The position numbers and the translations under genes are program-made. A stretch of DNA of 64,000 nt from Balanoglossus misakiensis (lineage: Eukaryota; Animalia; Hemichordata), in NCBI GenBank assembly GCA_040954595.2, contig CM082577.2, positions 13,461,903 through 13,525,902 of the forward strand, given 5' to 3'. The notes below the pieces were generated by a model. It saw nothing but the letters and a program-made list of their open reading frames with translations. It ran no database searches and was not told the origin of the DNA. Positions 38,913 through 63,103 of the stretch are shown here, piece after piece. Position 1 is the stretch's first letter; each line of letters begins with the position of its first letter.

Positions 38913-39704
38913 ATGAAAGTGTCATACTTTCAGCGAAACTGGCTTGTCTCATATTGATACTAAGTATTAAAAGATGTCTGATTAAGAGAGGCTGACCATT
39001 AAAAACATCTCTTTAAACATCTTAACAATCTTTGACATGCCCACGTTAAAATAATTCTGTTAGCCGTTGGCTAACCATGTATTTCAAAAACTCACGACTT
39101 TGCTCTGTAGTAAATGAACAATATACATTTTCCTCAAATTTTCTCACATGAAGACATACCTAGATACAGGTTAGGAAACGGCGTTTTGTGATAAAGCACT
39201 CTCACGAATATACGGCAATTTAATTTGACTTAATGTGTTTTGTTATAAATTTTGAAACACTATCTCTCCAGCACTGGCAACGAAGTCGGGAGCAATTAAT
39301 ACGAAAAATAAAGTATGTGATTTTTATTTAAGCTCATGCATTACACGTAATACTAGTATTAACAGAATGAAATGTAATCATAGATAGGCCTGGAAAATTC
39401 ATTTTCCAACTTCAGTGCAATTAAATTTGTCAAATTGAACAATCATGAAAATTGTGTGACAGAAATATTGCTAATTTACTACTGGAAAGTGATATTTTAA
39501 AACTTAAAACCTAGTAGGAAGTACAACATTTTCTCAGTAAATAACTGCATTTTATAGGATTGTGAGTTGATGAAACCTATAATAATTGCTTTGTTCCTAA
39601 GTTAAGCACGTGGTCCAATAGTGAAAATTGTGTCGTTTGGAGACAGTTGAGCCGACTGAATACGCTACGATCTATGTTTTTGGTCAGCTACTTTATTTTT
39701 AATA

Positions 39705-39815
39705 AACAAATAAATCAATAAATAAAAATAATGAAATAATGAATGAATGAAATAATGAATGAATGAATGAATGAATGAATGAATGAATGAATGAATGAAT
39801 GAATGAATGAATGAA

Positions 39816-39878
<63 letters not shown>

Positions 39879-39990
39879 ATGCATACATACATACATACAT
39901 ACATACATACATACATACATACATACATACATACATACATACATACATACATACATACATACATACATGTACATACATACATACATAAAT
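39705..39990. repeat. Compound microsatellite (AATG)n(AAAT)n(ACAT)n just upstream of the RTK first coding exon
   Basis: Read directly. Confidence 0.95.
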
Positions 39991-40071
39991 AAAAAATAAA
40001 ATGTAAAATATTTTCATTGGCGAAGCCCGTCATCAATTTATATCGACATATAACAAATTTATTTTGTCAGG

Positions 40072-50878
<10,807 letters not shown>

Positions 50879-51534
50879 ACTTTATTCTCAAGTGGACATC
50901 AACAGGTCGTCGAATATGTAATATTCAAAAAGCGAAACCTCAGACAATATGTAGTTTGTACACTGCCTAACAAAACGATTACATATTTACAAGTAATTCT
51001 AGTGGCGATTATGATGTATATATGCTCACTGTGGTCTGTTGTAGAATAGTTTTAATTAATTCACGTATCGATTAACTGTGGCGCGAAAACGCCCTGAAAC
51101 TTAACAGCTACATACTAACGTTATTTGTGACTATAAACGACTGTGGCAATATTCATACAGCCGGCCTATCATGAAGCGCTGAAAACAATATGGATGTATT
51201 CACGAAATTGTCTGTTATATGTGGAAATCGACTCAGGTTCAATCATTTACAACAGGGTTAATACTATATGTTTGACAAGCGGGTGTGAAATGTAAGATAA
51301 CCTGCTTTCTTATTTGAGATTTTATATTGGAAATCTGTACAATACTTTAAACTGCGGCAACATTTCTTTTGGGCTTTAACAGTGATTTGGACCGTGTGAC
51401 GTTAATAAATTTGGCCTATCTACTGAAGCCTTCTCCCTGTATGCACGCTCCTGTCTTTGTGTCGTTCTGAGTGTCGGTAAAATGCAAATAAAATTCAAGG
51501 CATGTCCACAAGCAACCTGATTTGTGACATAACA

Positions 51535-51692
51535 CCATGACCGCTGTGCACAATCTGTGCCATAAAGAGCTATGCTTTTACGAGTGAGGCACTACTTTCA
51601 CGAGTGCAGGGAGTGACTTGACAGTAAAGCAGACTGCTCTGCAACACATTAAAATGACTTCTACGGCACAGATCGTGCGCAGCGGTCACGGC
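51535..51692. repeat. Small inverted-repeat element (about 30-bp arms)
   Basis: CCATGACCGCTGTGCACAATCTGTGCC vs GGCACAGATCGTGCGCAGCGGTCACGG. Confidence 0.6.
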
Positions 51693-54579
51693 ACAGGAAG
51701 TGCACAGAGGTCATAAGCGGGGTCAGTGGTCACGAGATTGTAACAGCAATGCGAAAGAAAATGACGATAGCGAGTAAGTTTTGTTTATCGGAGGTTTCCA
51801 GATATACTAACAGCTAAATGTTTAATTCTTGTGACGATATAGTTCGTGCGATTAATCAAAATAACGTAACAAAACATTCAATGATAAGCATGTCGATCGT
51901 ATGCAATGCTCAGCTTCAGCGTTCATGGCTTCCAGTGTTTACATCTGTCAAGCAGAAAGTAGTTCCTTGTTGTTCGTTATGTACTCATGGAATACCTATA
52001 TAATTGAGTGACCACGTGATTTTACAGAATAATGAAACTGGCTATAATTAATGCTATTTTTATAAGTGTCGATCGTGGTGGCAAATGGGGCACTTTCAAC
52101 AGGGATTATTTTCTCTCATTTGCATATAACCGGCAGTAGGGCCTACATAAGCAATAATCATCAATACGATATAGACGTGTACCGCATACGATAGATAGCA
52201 AAACACTACACTGGCACGTTGATAGATTATGGTCTGGAACTCGCTAATGAAGACGGTCTGTAATAACCCAATGGATCCGATATCAAAGTAAGAGAACTAA
52301 ATATGTCGGTATCGAAATTTGACCTGTGTTGTCCATACATGCTTGCTTCGTAATACATACGTGTCAACGATTGTGCTGAGTATGGCGGTTAGTAGTGGTT
52401 GGCTGAACTGGGGTTCGGGGAGGTTGAGTTTCAACGAACGGCGTTGCTGACAGTTTTCATGCAAGCTGATTAACCGAGTTCGCAATTTCTGGCAAATCTC
52501 CAGACTGATAACACAATATAAACAGGGGCTTGATCCTCAGCGCTAATTTTATTTGACGACTTTAGTTTCTGAAGAATGCCACCTATGAGGAACCTGACCT
52601 CTATGCTGAGATTATTGATTTTTTTTATCGACGGGCAGATTGCGCACAGGTAAAACACAACAAAAGTCCAACCTTCTCCTGTCCATGTAAACATGAAATA
52701 ATACAATCAATACACTTGTTCTTATGCTGTTTTATGCGCGCCCAGTAACAACCTCAACACCAGTCGCAATTCGCTTCCTCGAAACACAATGTCTCCTTGC
52801 AGTTTTTTTATTGATCAGTTATCTGATGTACTAAAGGGAAATTCACAGACGTTTGCATCACTCTCCCAAGTTAAATGCACAATGTATGCACACAGGATTG
52901 GCCTATACATAATTTGTTTATTTAGAATTTTAATTCTGTTATGAAAGGTGAGTACAGAAATAAAATAATAATATACATGAAGCAATGCGTATAATTCTCG
53001 TTAAGTAGTTTGCACACTACAGAGAGGAAATGCTCTCACACCTTCTTTTCATGGGCCATCCAGTTACCCAGTGAATTATTTTACCCGTATAAATTATTTG
53101 AACACACAACACAAACAACTCTTAAAGTATTTATACATATAATAACAAAATCTATTCCTTCCGTATTTAATATGTTTAAATCGTTGGACTATTGGATCTT
53201 ACGCGTACTCTTTCGCACACATTCCTGTGGGAACACGTGTAAAATTCCTATCTGTGAACATAAATAACGTTTATCTTTTCAACGTGTCGTGATGGCAAAA
53301 TATCTTCGAGAAAAGTAAAATGGATATAAGTAAAACCCTTTAACTTATGTACAATTGTTATTTTGTATCAAAAGAAATAGTCATACATGCGATAACAGGT
53401 TAAACAAACAAACGGATGAACAAATGGTTCATAACAGAACGCCTGGTGTAAAATCCAAGATTGAAATTTATTCATTTGAAGTGTCGCTTGTATTTTAAAT
53501 AACTAAAAACCGACAAATTTGCCAATGCCGCCATTTCTAGATTAAACTAAATAAGAGATTACTTGTACCTTGCCTCTTTTACTTCTAACACCCACTCTTA
53601 TCCCAACCGTAATTGTTTGATCACTATATCTCGGCAGCAAATATACTCAATGTAACTGTCCTGAAAATACTTTTATCTCCAGGCCGCAGTTACAGCCGTA
53701 TGTCACGTGTTAGGCAAACATGCATTCTTTTTTTCAATATTGTGTGAAGACATATTTAATTTGTCATTTATTGCACCTATTTCCCTTTAATGGTATTATA
53801 AAACTCCTTTCAAATTTCGAATATTCAATGGATCACCAGAGGACTTGCCCTACCAAATGGTTACAAGCGCGAAACGCCTAACGTCACAAAAGATAAGATT
53901 ACTTTCTCCAGAGGTGAAAAGCATGTTAGTAAGACACTCTAACTGATAAACACATCAGATCAAGCAAGGCATTTGATGACTTTTCGAACTCACACACTAA
54001 AAACTGTATATAACGATATTGCGTCAAATATAAACCCCTCCTAGATAGAGAAATGGCATGGTCTGTACCACACCCCGACGCTATACATATGGATGAAGGC
54101 TGATAAGTCTTTTTCAGACAGTACTGTTAATTGTTTTGAAGTTGTACGTCACTGTCACGCCGAAAACCATCATATTTTAATAATAACTGGACATGCATCG
54201 GTGTGTTCCATTGGTTACAGTTTCTCACCAGATGACCACGTCTCTTCTGTTATATTTACATATAGATGATCTTCAAAATCTTTCATTGCCAGGTATTCCT
54301 GTAATAGGATTTAATGATATTTGAAGTCATGATTTAATATCCTACATTGCAAAATACTAACTGAATTGATATCAAGCAAAAAGTGGTCATAACTGTAAAT
54401 TGTAATGATATTTTACACAGATGCCTTTAGAATAAAATACATGTACAGCGCCTGATCATCGTGAACAGGGGTATGATTCGTTAAACGTGATCAAACAACA
54501 TTATTTGTCGTGGTTATAGTTTTCACAGAGAGAAAATGCGTGGATGTACTGCCAGCTATAGGTGCATTTCAATCATAAA

Positions 54580-57500
54580 TTAAAGCTGCAAGCAGCGTTG
54601 GGGGGGCACAAGCAGTTCCCATGGTGACCAGCAAATGCCACGGCTGTATCTGCTGGGGATACCAAGATATGGGAAAGTAGGTCAAAGGTCACCTGAGGTC
54701 ACCCCAAATTTGGGCAAAAAAATTGGACCCCATACTAGTCTAGATCCAACAAAAAAACAGACCCCTAGCCCTATTGGTTCGCCTGCAATTAGGTATGCAC
54801 ATAATTAATGAGGTCTTGTGTAAGACTCCATTATGTGCTCAATACCCATAAAAGCCAGGGCTCTAACTGCTCTGGATGCTGAGATATGGGAAAGTAGATC
54901 AATGGTCACCCAAGGTCACCCAAAATTAGGGCATACAATTTTGACCCCAGACTGGGCCATGTCCAACCAATACCAGACCTCTAGCCCTATTGGGTAGCAT
55001 GGAATTAGATATGCAGAAAAATGATGTTTCAGAAATAGGTCAAAGGTCATTGCCAAAATTACCAAAATATTTGTGTCATGTCCTGGCAGCATTGGTACCC
55101 ATGTCCACAAAATTCATGACTGTGGTGCTTTTACAAGAGGAGGTATGGGGAATATGCATATATAATTAGTTGTTTTAAAACTGGGTCAAAGGTCACGTGA
55201 AAATTGCCCCGAAAAATTGTGACAACTTCCGGTCATATGATGACTCATATCCAAAAAAAGAATTTCCGTGCTGTCAACATTTTGGCTACAAAACAGTATT
55301 TTCATTTTTCAATGGTTTTCCGAAAATCCAACATGGCCGCCATAATGATCGACCAATCACAGTGCGCTTCGCAAACTTGATAGACATAGGTTAGGTGACC
55401 ACATATCCCAAATCCCGAGACTCGGTAACCGCTGGTTCTGGAGAAGAAGATTTTTAAAGTTTTAAGTAGTTTTTCAGAAAAACAATTGTAGCAAAAAAAC
55501 TTTATGTATGACGTCATGATTTCAATGGGGTAAAATGATGGACAGAAGGTAGGTTACCTGCACACCAAATTTGAACTCGATCGGCCCTGTAGTTTTTGAG
55601 AAGGACTCATTTAACGGTTTTCAGGAAATCCAATATGGCCGCCGGGTCACATGACTAATTAAATATTCACGGGCCACTGCACGTCTACTCATTGGCCCCT
55701 ATCACCCTACCAAGTTTCAGCCCCCTAGGTGCTGCGGTTTTCCAGATCTACCTGGCCGAATTTCTCGGAAGAAGAAGAAGAATAATAATAATAATAATTA
55801 AAGCTGCGAGCAGCATTGTCGGGCCCAAGCGCTGATCTTGAATTATATATGCACAGTATGAATGAGAAGAAACAGAATTTTCTATCAGGTGTATTATCTC
55901 ATGACATAACAAGGACGTGTGTATTTTTGCGGCTGAAATAGGGTAAAGTAGGTCAAAGATCACCTGAGGTCACCCAACATTTGGGCAAAATTTTTTGACC
56001 CATGCTGGGCCATGTCCAACAAAAACCAAAACTCTAGCTCTATTGGTTCGTCTGTAATTAGGTATGTACATATTTAATGAGGTCAGCAGGTGTCACAGGT
56101 GACCCAAAAATGTGGCTTTACATTTTGGTCCCATCCTACCAAATGCCATAGCTGTATCTGCTCTGGATGCTGAGATATGCGAAAGTAGGTCAAAGGTCAC
56201 CAGAGGTCACCCAACATTTGGGCAAAAAATTTTGATCCCATACTGGTCCATGTCCAACAAAAACAAAACCTCTAGCTCTATTGGTTCGCCTGTAATTAGC
56301 TATGCACATAATTAATGAGGTCAGCAGAGGTCAAAGGGGTCATGAAAAGTAGCAAAATATTTTGAGCACACACTAATCCACATGCATCAAAAACCAAACG
56401 TCTAGCCCTATAGGTTAGCCTGGAATTAGATATGCAGAAATAATAACGCGTGATAAGTAGGTCAAAGGTCATGTGAAAAATCGCCAAAAAATTGTAACAT
56501 ATTTTAGTCACCTGACGATTGATATCCATAAAAAGAATTTGTATGCTATCAATTTTTAGACTAGAAAAGGGAATTTCAATTTTTCACTGCTTTTTACAAA
56601 ATCCAATATGGCCGCCACAATCTTCGACCAATCACAATGGTCTTTGCAAACTTGATAGACATCAGTGTAGTGACCATACTCCCCGAATCTTGCGACTCAG
56701 TCATCACCCATTCTGGAGAAGAAGATTTTTGCAGTTTTACTATGGTTTTTCGAAAATCCAATATGGCCGCCATAATCTTCGACCAATCACAATGATCTTC
56801 GCAAACTTGATAGATATCAGTTAGGTGACCACATACCCCAAACCCCGTGACTCGGTTATCACTGGTTCTGAAGAAGAAGATTTTTGAAATTTAAGCCAGA
56901 TTTCAGAAAAAAATTTGTAGCAAAAAAACTGCAACTTTTACAGCATAATTTCCGATTACAAAAATGATGGGCAGAAGGTAGTCTACCGGCATGCCAAATT
57001 TGAAGTCGATCTGACTTGTACTTTCTGAGATCTGAGATTTGCATTTTTTCAGAAAATCCAATATGGCCGCCAGGTCACGTGACTAATTAAGTATTCACAA
57101 GTCACTGCACATCTACTCATTGACCTTGACCACTGTAGCAAGTTTGAGCAGTGTACCTGCAGTAGTTTCAGAGATCTCGTTGGCCGAAGAATTGACAGGA
57201 GAATAAAGAAAGAAAGAAAGAAAGAAAGATTAAAGCTGCAAGCAGCATTGTCCGGGCCCAAGCTCTATTATCTGATCTGATTATTAGATATGCACATAAT
57301 TAATGAGTAGAAACATAATGCAGTGTTTTATCCCATGAAATATCAAGGTTATATCTATGTTTGGTGCTGATATAGTGTTAAGTAGGTCAAAGGTCACCCA
57401 GGGGTCACCCACAATTTGGGCAGAATATTTTGACCCATAGTGGTCAATGTCCAACAAAAACCAGACCTCTAGCCCTTTTGGTTAACCCGGAATTAGGTAT

Positions 57501-60500
57501 TCACATAAATAATGTGTAAAGCAGGTGTCACAGGTGACCCCACAACTTTGGCTTTTCATTATGGCCCCATACCTCCAAACGCCAAGGTTGTACCTGCTTT
57601 GGATGCTGAGATATGCAAAAGTAGGTCAAAGGTCATCTGAGGTCACCCAAAATTTGGGTAGAAAATTTTGACCCATAGTGGTCCATGTATAACAAAAACA
57701 AAACCTCTAGGTCTATTGGTTCATCTGTAATTAGGTATGTGCATATTTAATGAGGTCAGCAGAGGTCAAAGGGGTCATGAAAAGTAGCAAAAATTTTTGA
57801 TCACATACAAAACCAAATACATCAAAAACCAAACTTATAGCCCTATTGGTTAGCCTGGAATTAGATATGCAGAAAAATGATGCGTCAAAAGTAGGTCAAA
57901 GGTCATTGCCAAAATTACCAAAATATTTATAGCTTATTCTTGTCATATGATGATTCATATCCATAAAAAGAATTTCTGTGCTATCAATTTTTAGGCTAGA
58001 AACGGAATTTTTACTTTTTAATCGTTGTTCACAAAATCCAATATGGCCGCCAAAATCTTCGACCAATCACAATGATCTTCGCAAACTTGATAGACATCAG
58101 TGTAGTGACCATACTCCCCAAATCTTGTGACTCGGTTATCGCTGGTTCTTGAGAAGAAGATTTTTGAAATTTTACTAGGGTTTTTCGAAAATCCAATATG
58201 GCCGCCATAATCTTCGACCAATCACAATGATCTTCGCAAACTTGATAGACCTCAGTTTGGTGACCACATACCCCAAACCCAGTGTCTCGGTTATCACCGG
58301 TTCTGGAGAAGAAGATTTTTGAAATTTAAGCCAGATTTCAGAAAAAAAATTGTAGCAAAAAAACTGCAACTTTTTCAGCATAATTTCCAATTACAAAAAT
58401 GATAAGCAGAAGGTAGTCTACCTGCACGCCAAATTTGAAGTCGATCTGACTTGTAGTTTCTGAGATCTGAGATTTGCATATTTTCAGAAAATCCAAGATG
58501 GCTGCCAGGTCATGTGACTAATTAGAAATTCAAGGGTTCAATGCACGACTACTCATTGACCTTGACCACTGTAGCAAGTTTCAGAAGTGTACCTGCAGTG
58601 GTGTCTGAGATCTAGAGCGACAAAGAATTGACACAAGAATAAAGAAAGAAGAAAGAAAGATTAAAGCTGCAAGCAGCATTGTCCGGGCCCAAGCTCTATA
58701 TTCTGATCTGATTATTAGATATGCACATAATTAATGAGTAGAAACATAATGCTGTGTTTTATCCCATGAAATATCAAGGTTATATCTATGTTTGGTGCTG
58801 ATCTAGTGTTAAGTAGGTCAAAGGTCTCCCAGAGGTCACCCACAATTTGGGCAGAAAATTTTACCCATAGTGGTCCATGTCCAACAAAAACCAGACCTCT
58901 AGCCCTTTTGGTTAGCCCGAAATTAGGTATGCACATAAATAATGAGTTAAGCAGGTGTCACTGGTGACCCAAAACTTTGGCTTTTCATTATGGCCCCATA
59001 TCTCCAAATGCCAAGGCTGTACCTGCTTTTGATGCCGAGATATGCAAAAGTAGGTCAAAGGTCATCTGAGGTCACCCAAAATTTGGGCAAAATATTTTGA
59101 CCCCATACTGGTCCATGTATAACAAAAACAAAACCTCTAGGTCTATTGGTTAATCATTAATTAGGTATGTGCATATTTAATGAGGTCAGCAGAGGTCAAA
59201 GGGGTCATGAAAAGTAGCAAAAATTTTTGATCACATACAAATCCACATACATCAAAAACCAAACTTATAGCCCTATTGGTTAGCCTGGAATTAGATATGC
59301 AGAAAAATGATGCGTCAAAAGTAGGTCAAAGGTCATTGCCAAAATCACCAAAATATTTATGGCTTATTCTTGTCATATGATGATTCATATCCATAAAAAG
59401 AATTTCTGTGCTATCAATTTTTAGGCTAGAAAGGGAATTTTTACTTTTTAATCGTTTTTCACAAAATCAAATATGGCCGCCATAAACTTCGACCAATCAC
59501 AATGCTCTTCGCAAACTTGATAGACATCTGTTTAATGACCACACACACCAAATCTTGTGACTCAGTTATTGCCCGTTCTTGAGAAGAAGATTTTTGAAAT
59601 TTTACTAGGGTTTTTCGAAAATCCAATATGGCCGCCATAATCTTCGACCGATCACAATGATCTTCGCAAACTTGATAGACATCAGTTAGGTGACCACATA
59701 CCCCAAACTCCGTGTCTCGGTTATCACCGGTTCTGGAGAAGAAGATTTTTGAAATTTAAGCCGGATTTCAGAAAAAAAAATTTAGCAAAAAAACTGCAAC
59801 ATTGACAGCAAAATATCCAATTACAAAAATGATGGGTAGAAGGTAGACTACCTGCACACCAAATTTGAAGTCGATCTGACTTGTAGTTTCTGAGATCTGA
59901 GATTTGGATTTTTTCAGAAAATCCAATATGGCCGCCATGTCACATGACTAATTAAGTATTCACAAGTCACTGCACATCTACTCATTGACCTTGACCACTG
60001 TAGCAAGTTTGAGAACTGTACCTGCAGCGGTGTCTGAGATCTAGAGCGATAAAGAATGGAACCAAGAATAAAGAAAGAAAGAAAGACAGAATTAAAGCTG
60101 CAAGCAGCATTGTCCGGGCCCAAGCTCTATTATCTGATCTGATTATTAGATATGCACATAATTAATGAGTAGAAACATAATGCTGTGTTTTATCCCATGA
60201 AATATCAAGGTTATATGTATGTTTGGTGCTGATATAGTGTTAAGTAGGTCAAAGGTCTCCCAGAGGTCACCCACAATTTGGGCAGAAAATTTTACCCATA
60301 GTGGTCCATGTCCAACAAAAACAGACCTCTAGCCCTTTTGGTTAGCCCGGAATTAGGTATGCACATAAATAATGAGTTAAGCAGGTGTTACTGGTGACCC
60401 AAAACTTTGGCTTTTCATTATGGCCCCATATCTCCAAATGCCAAGGCTGTACCTGCTTTGGATGCCAAGATATGCAAAAGTAGGTCAAAGGTCATCTGAG

Positions 60501-63103
60501 GTCACCCAAAATTTGGGCAGAAAAGTTTGACCAATAGTGGTCCATGTCCAACAAAAACCAGACCTCTAGCCCTTTTGGTTAGCCCGGAATTAGGTATGCA
60601 CATAAATAATGAGTTAAGCAGGTGTCACAGGTGACCCACAACTTTGGCTTTTCATTATGGCCCCATACCTCCAAACGCCAAGGCTGTATCTGCTGTGGAT
60701 GCTGATATTTGCAAAAGTAGGTCAAAGGTCACCAGAGGTCACCCAACATTTGGGTAAAAATTTTTGACCCCATACTAGTCCTGTCCAACAAAAACAAAAC
60801 CTCTAGGTCTATTGGTTCGCCTGTAATTAGCTATGCACATAATTAATGAGGTCAGCAGGGGTCAAAGGGGTCGTGAAAAGTAGCAAAAAATTTTGATCAC
60901 ACACTTATCCACATACATCAAAAAACAAACTTATAGCCCTATTGGTTAGCCTGGAATTAGACATGCAGAAAAATGATGCGTCAAAAGTAGGTCAAAGGTC
61001 ATTGCCAAAATTACCAAAATATTAATAGCATATTGTAGTCATATGATGATCCATATCCATAAAAAGAATTTCTGTGCTATCAATTTTTAGGCTAGAAAGG
61101 GAATTTTTACTTTTTAATCGTTTTTCACAAAATCCAATATGGCCGCCATAATCTTCGACCAATCACATTCCTCTTCGCAAACTTGATAGACATCTGGTGA
61201 ATGACCACACACACCAAATCTTGTGACTCGGTTATCGCCGGTTCTCGAGAAGAAGATTTTTGAAATTTTACTAAGGTTTTACGAAAATCCAATATGGCCG
61301 CCATAATCTTCGACCAATCACAATGATCTTCGCAAACTTGATAGACATCAGTTAGGTGACCACATACCCCAAACCCCGTGTCTCGGTTATCACCGGTTCT
61401 AGAGAAGAAGATTTTTGAAATTTAAGCCAGATTTCAGAAAAAAAATTGTAGCAAAAAAACTGCAACATTGACAGCATAATTTCCAATTACAAAAATGTTT
61501 GACAGAAGGTAGTCTACCTGCACGCCAAATTTGAAGTCGATCTGACTTGTAGTTTCTGAGATCTGAGATTTGCATTTTTTCAGAAAATCCAAGATGGCCG
61601 CCAGGTCACGTGACTAATTAAAAATTCATGGGTTCAATGCACGACTACTCATTGACCTTGACCACTGTAGCAAGTTTGAGAACTGTACCTGCAGTGGTGT
61701 CTGAGATCTAGAGCGACAAAGAAATGACAGAAGAATAAAGAAAGAAGAAAGAAAGACAGATTAAAGCTGCAAGCAGCATTGTCCGGGCCCAAGCTCTATT
61801 ATCTGATCTGATGCTGATATAGTGTTAAGTAGATCAAAGGTCACCCGAGGTCACCCAACATTTAGGCAAAATATTTTGACCCCATACTGGTCCATGTATA
61901 ACAAAAACAAAACCTCTAGGTCTACTGGTTCATCATTAATTAGGTATGTGCATATTTAATGAGGTCAGCAGGGGTCAAAGGGGTCACAAAAAGTAGCAAA
62001 ATATTTTGATCACACACTAATCCACATACATCAAAAACCAAACTTATAGCCCTATTGGTTAGCCTGGAATTAGATATGCAGAAAAATGATGTGTCAAAAG
62101 TAGGTCAAAGGTCATTGCCAAAATTACCAAAATATTTATAGCATATTCTTGTCATATGATGATTCATATCCATAAAAAGAATTTCTGTGCTATCAATTTT
62201 TAGGCTAGAAAGGGAATTTTTACTTTTTAATCGTTTTTCACAAAATCCAATATGGCCGCCATAATCTTCGACCAATCACATTCCTCTTCGCAAACTTGAT
62301 AGACATCTGTTTAATGACCACACACACCAAATCTTGTGACTCGGTTATCGCCGGTTCTTGAGAAGAAGATTTTTGAAATTTTACTAAGGTTTTACGAAAA
62401 TCCAATATGGCCGCCATAATCTTCGACCAATCACAAAGATCTTCGCAAACTTGATAGACATCAGATAGGTGACTACATACCCCAAACCCCGTGTCTCGGT
62501 TATCACCAGTTCTAGAGAAGAAGATTTTTGAAATTTAAGCTGGATTTCAGAAAAAAAATTGTAGCAAAAAAACTGCAACATTGACAGCAAAATATCCAAT
62601 TACAAAAATGATGGGTAGAAGGTAGACTACCTGCACACCAAATTTGAAGTCGATCTGACTTGTAGTTTCTGAGATCTAAGATTTGCATTTTTTCAGAAAA
62701 TCCAATATGGCCGCCAGGTCACGTGACCAATTAAAAATTCAAGGGTTCAATGCACATCTACTCATTGACCTTGACCACTGTAGCAAGTTTCAGAAGTGTA
62801 CCTGCAGCGGTGTCTGAGATCTAGAGCGACAAAGAATTGACACAAGAAAAAAGAAAGAAAGAAAGAAAGAAAGACAGAAAAACCCCAACGAAACCAATAG
62901 GGCCCAAGCGCTGGCTTGCGCTTGGGCCCTAAAAAACCCCAACGAAACCAATAGGGCCCAAGCGCTGGCTTGCGCTTGGGCCCTAAAAAATTCCAACGAA
63001 ACCAATAGGGCCCAAGCGCTTGCTTGCGCTTGGGCCCTAATAAAGAAAAATTCCAACAATACCAATGGGGGCACAAGCCGCCTGAGGGCGCTTGTGCCCC
63101 CAA
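54580..63103 (-). mobile_element. Nested and tandem stack of six HINE/Helentron-type element bodies
   Basis: 3' ends (TTAAAGCTGCRAGCAGC on +) start at 54580, 55798, 57230, 58661, 60092 and 61761. Four 5' hairpin ends are stacked, ending at 62932, 62986, 63040 and 63103. Bodies are made of about 238-bp and about 155-bp subrepeats. Confidence 0.9.

Noticed and set aside
5850-40000. Kinase exons that would make gene A a full RTK
   Set aside because: No GxGxxG, HRD or DFG exons were seen between the gene A TM exon and the gene B start.
62880-63103. Repeated GC-rich palindromes resembling a CRISPR array or terminators, and the 62762/62790 repeat ORFs
   Set aside because: Eukaryotic context, near-identical intervening sequence rather than unique spacers, and no cas genes. 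They are stacked HINE 5' hairpins.
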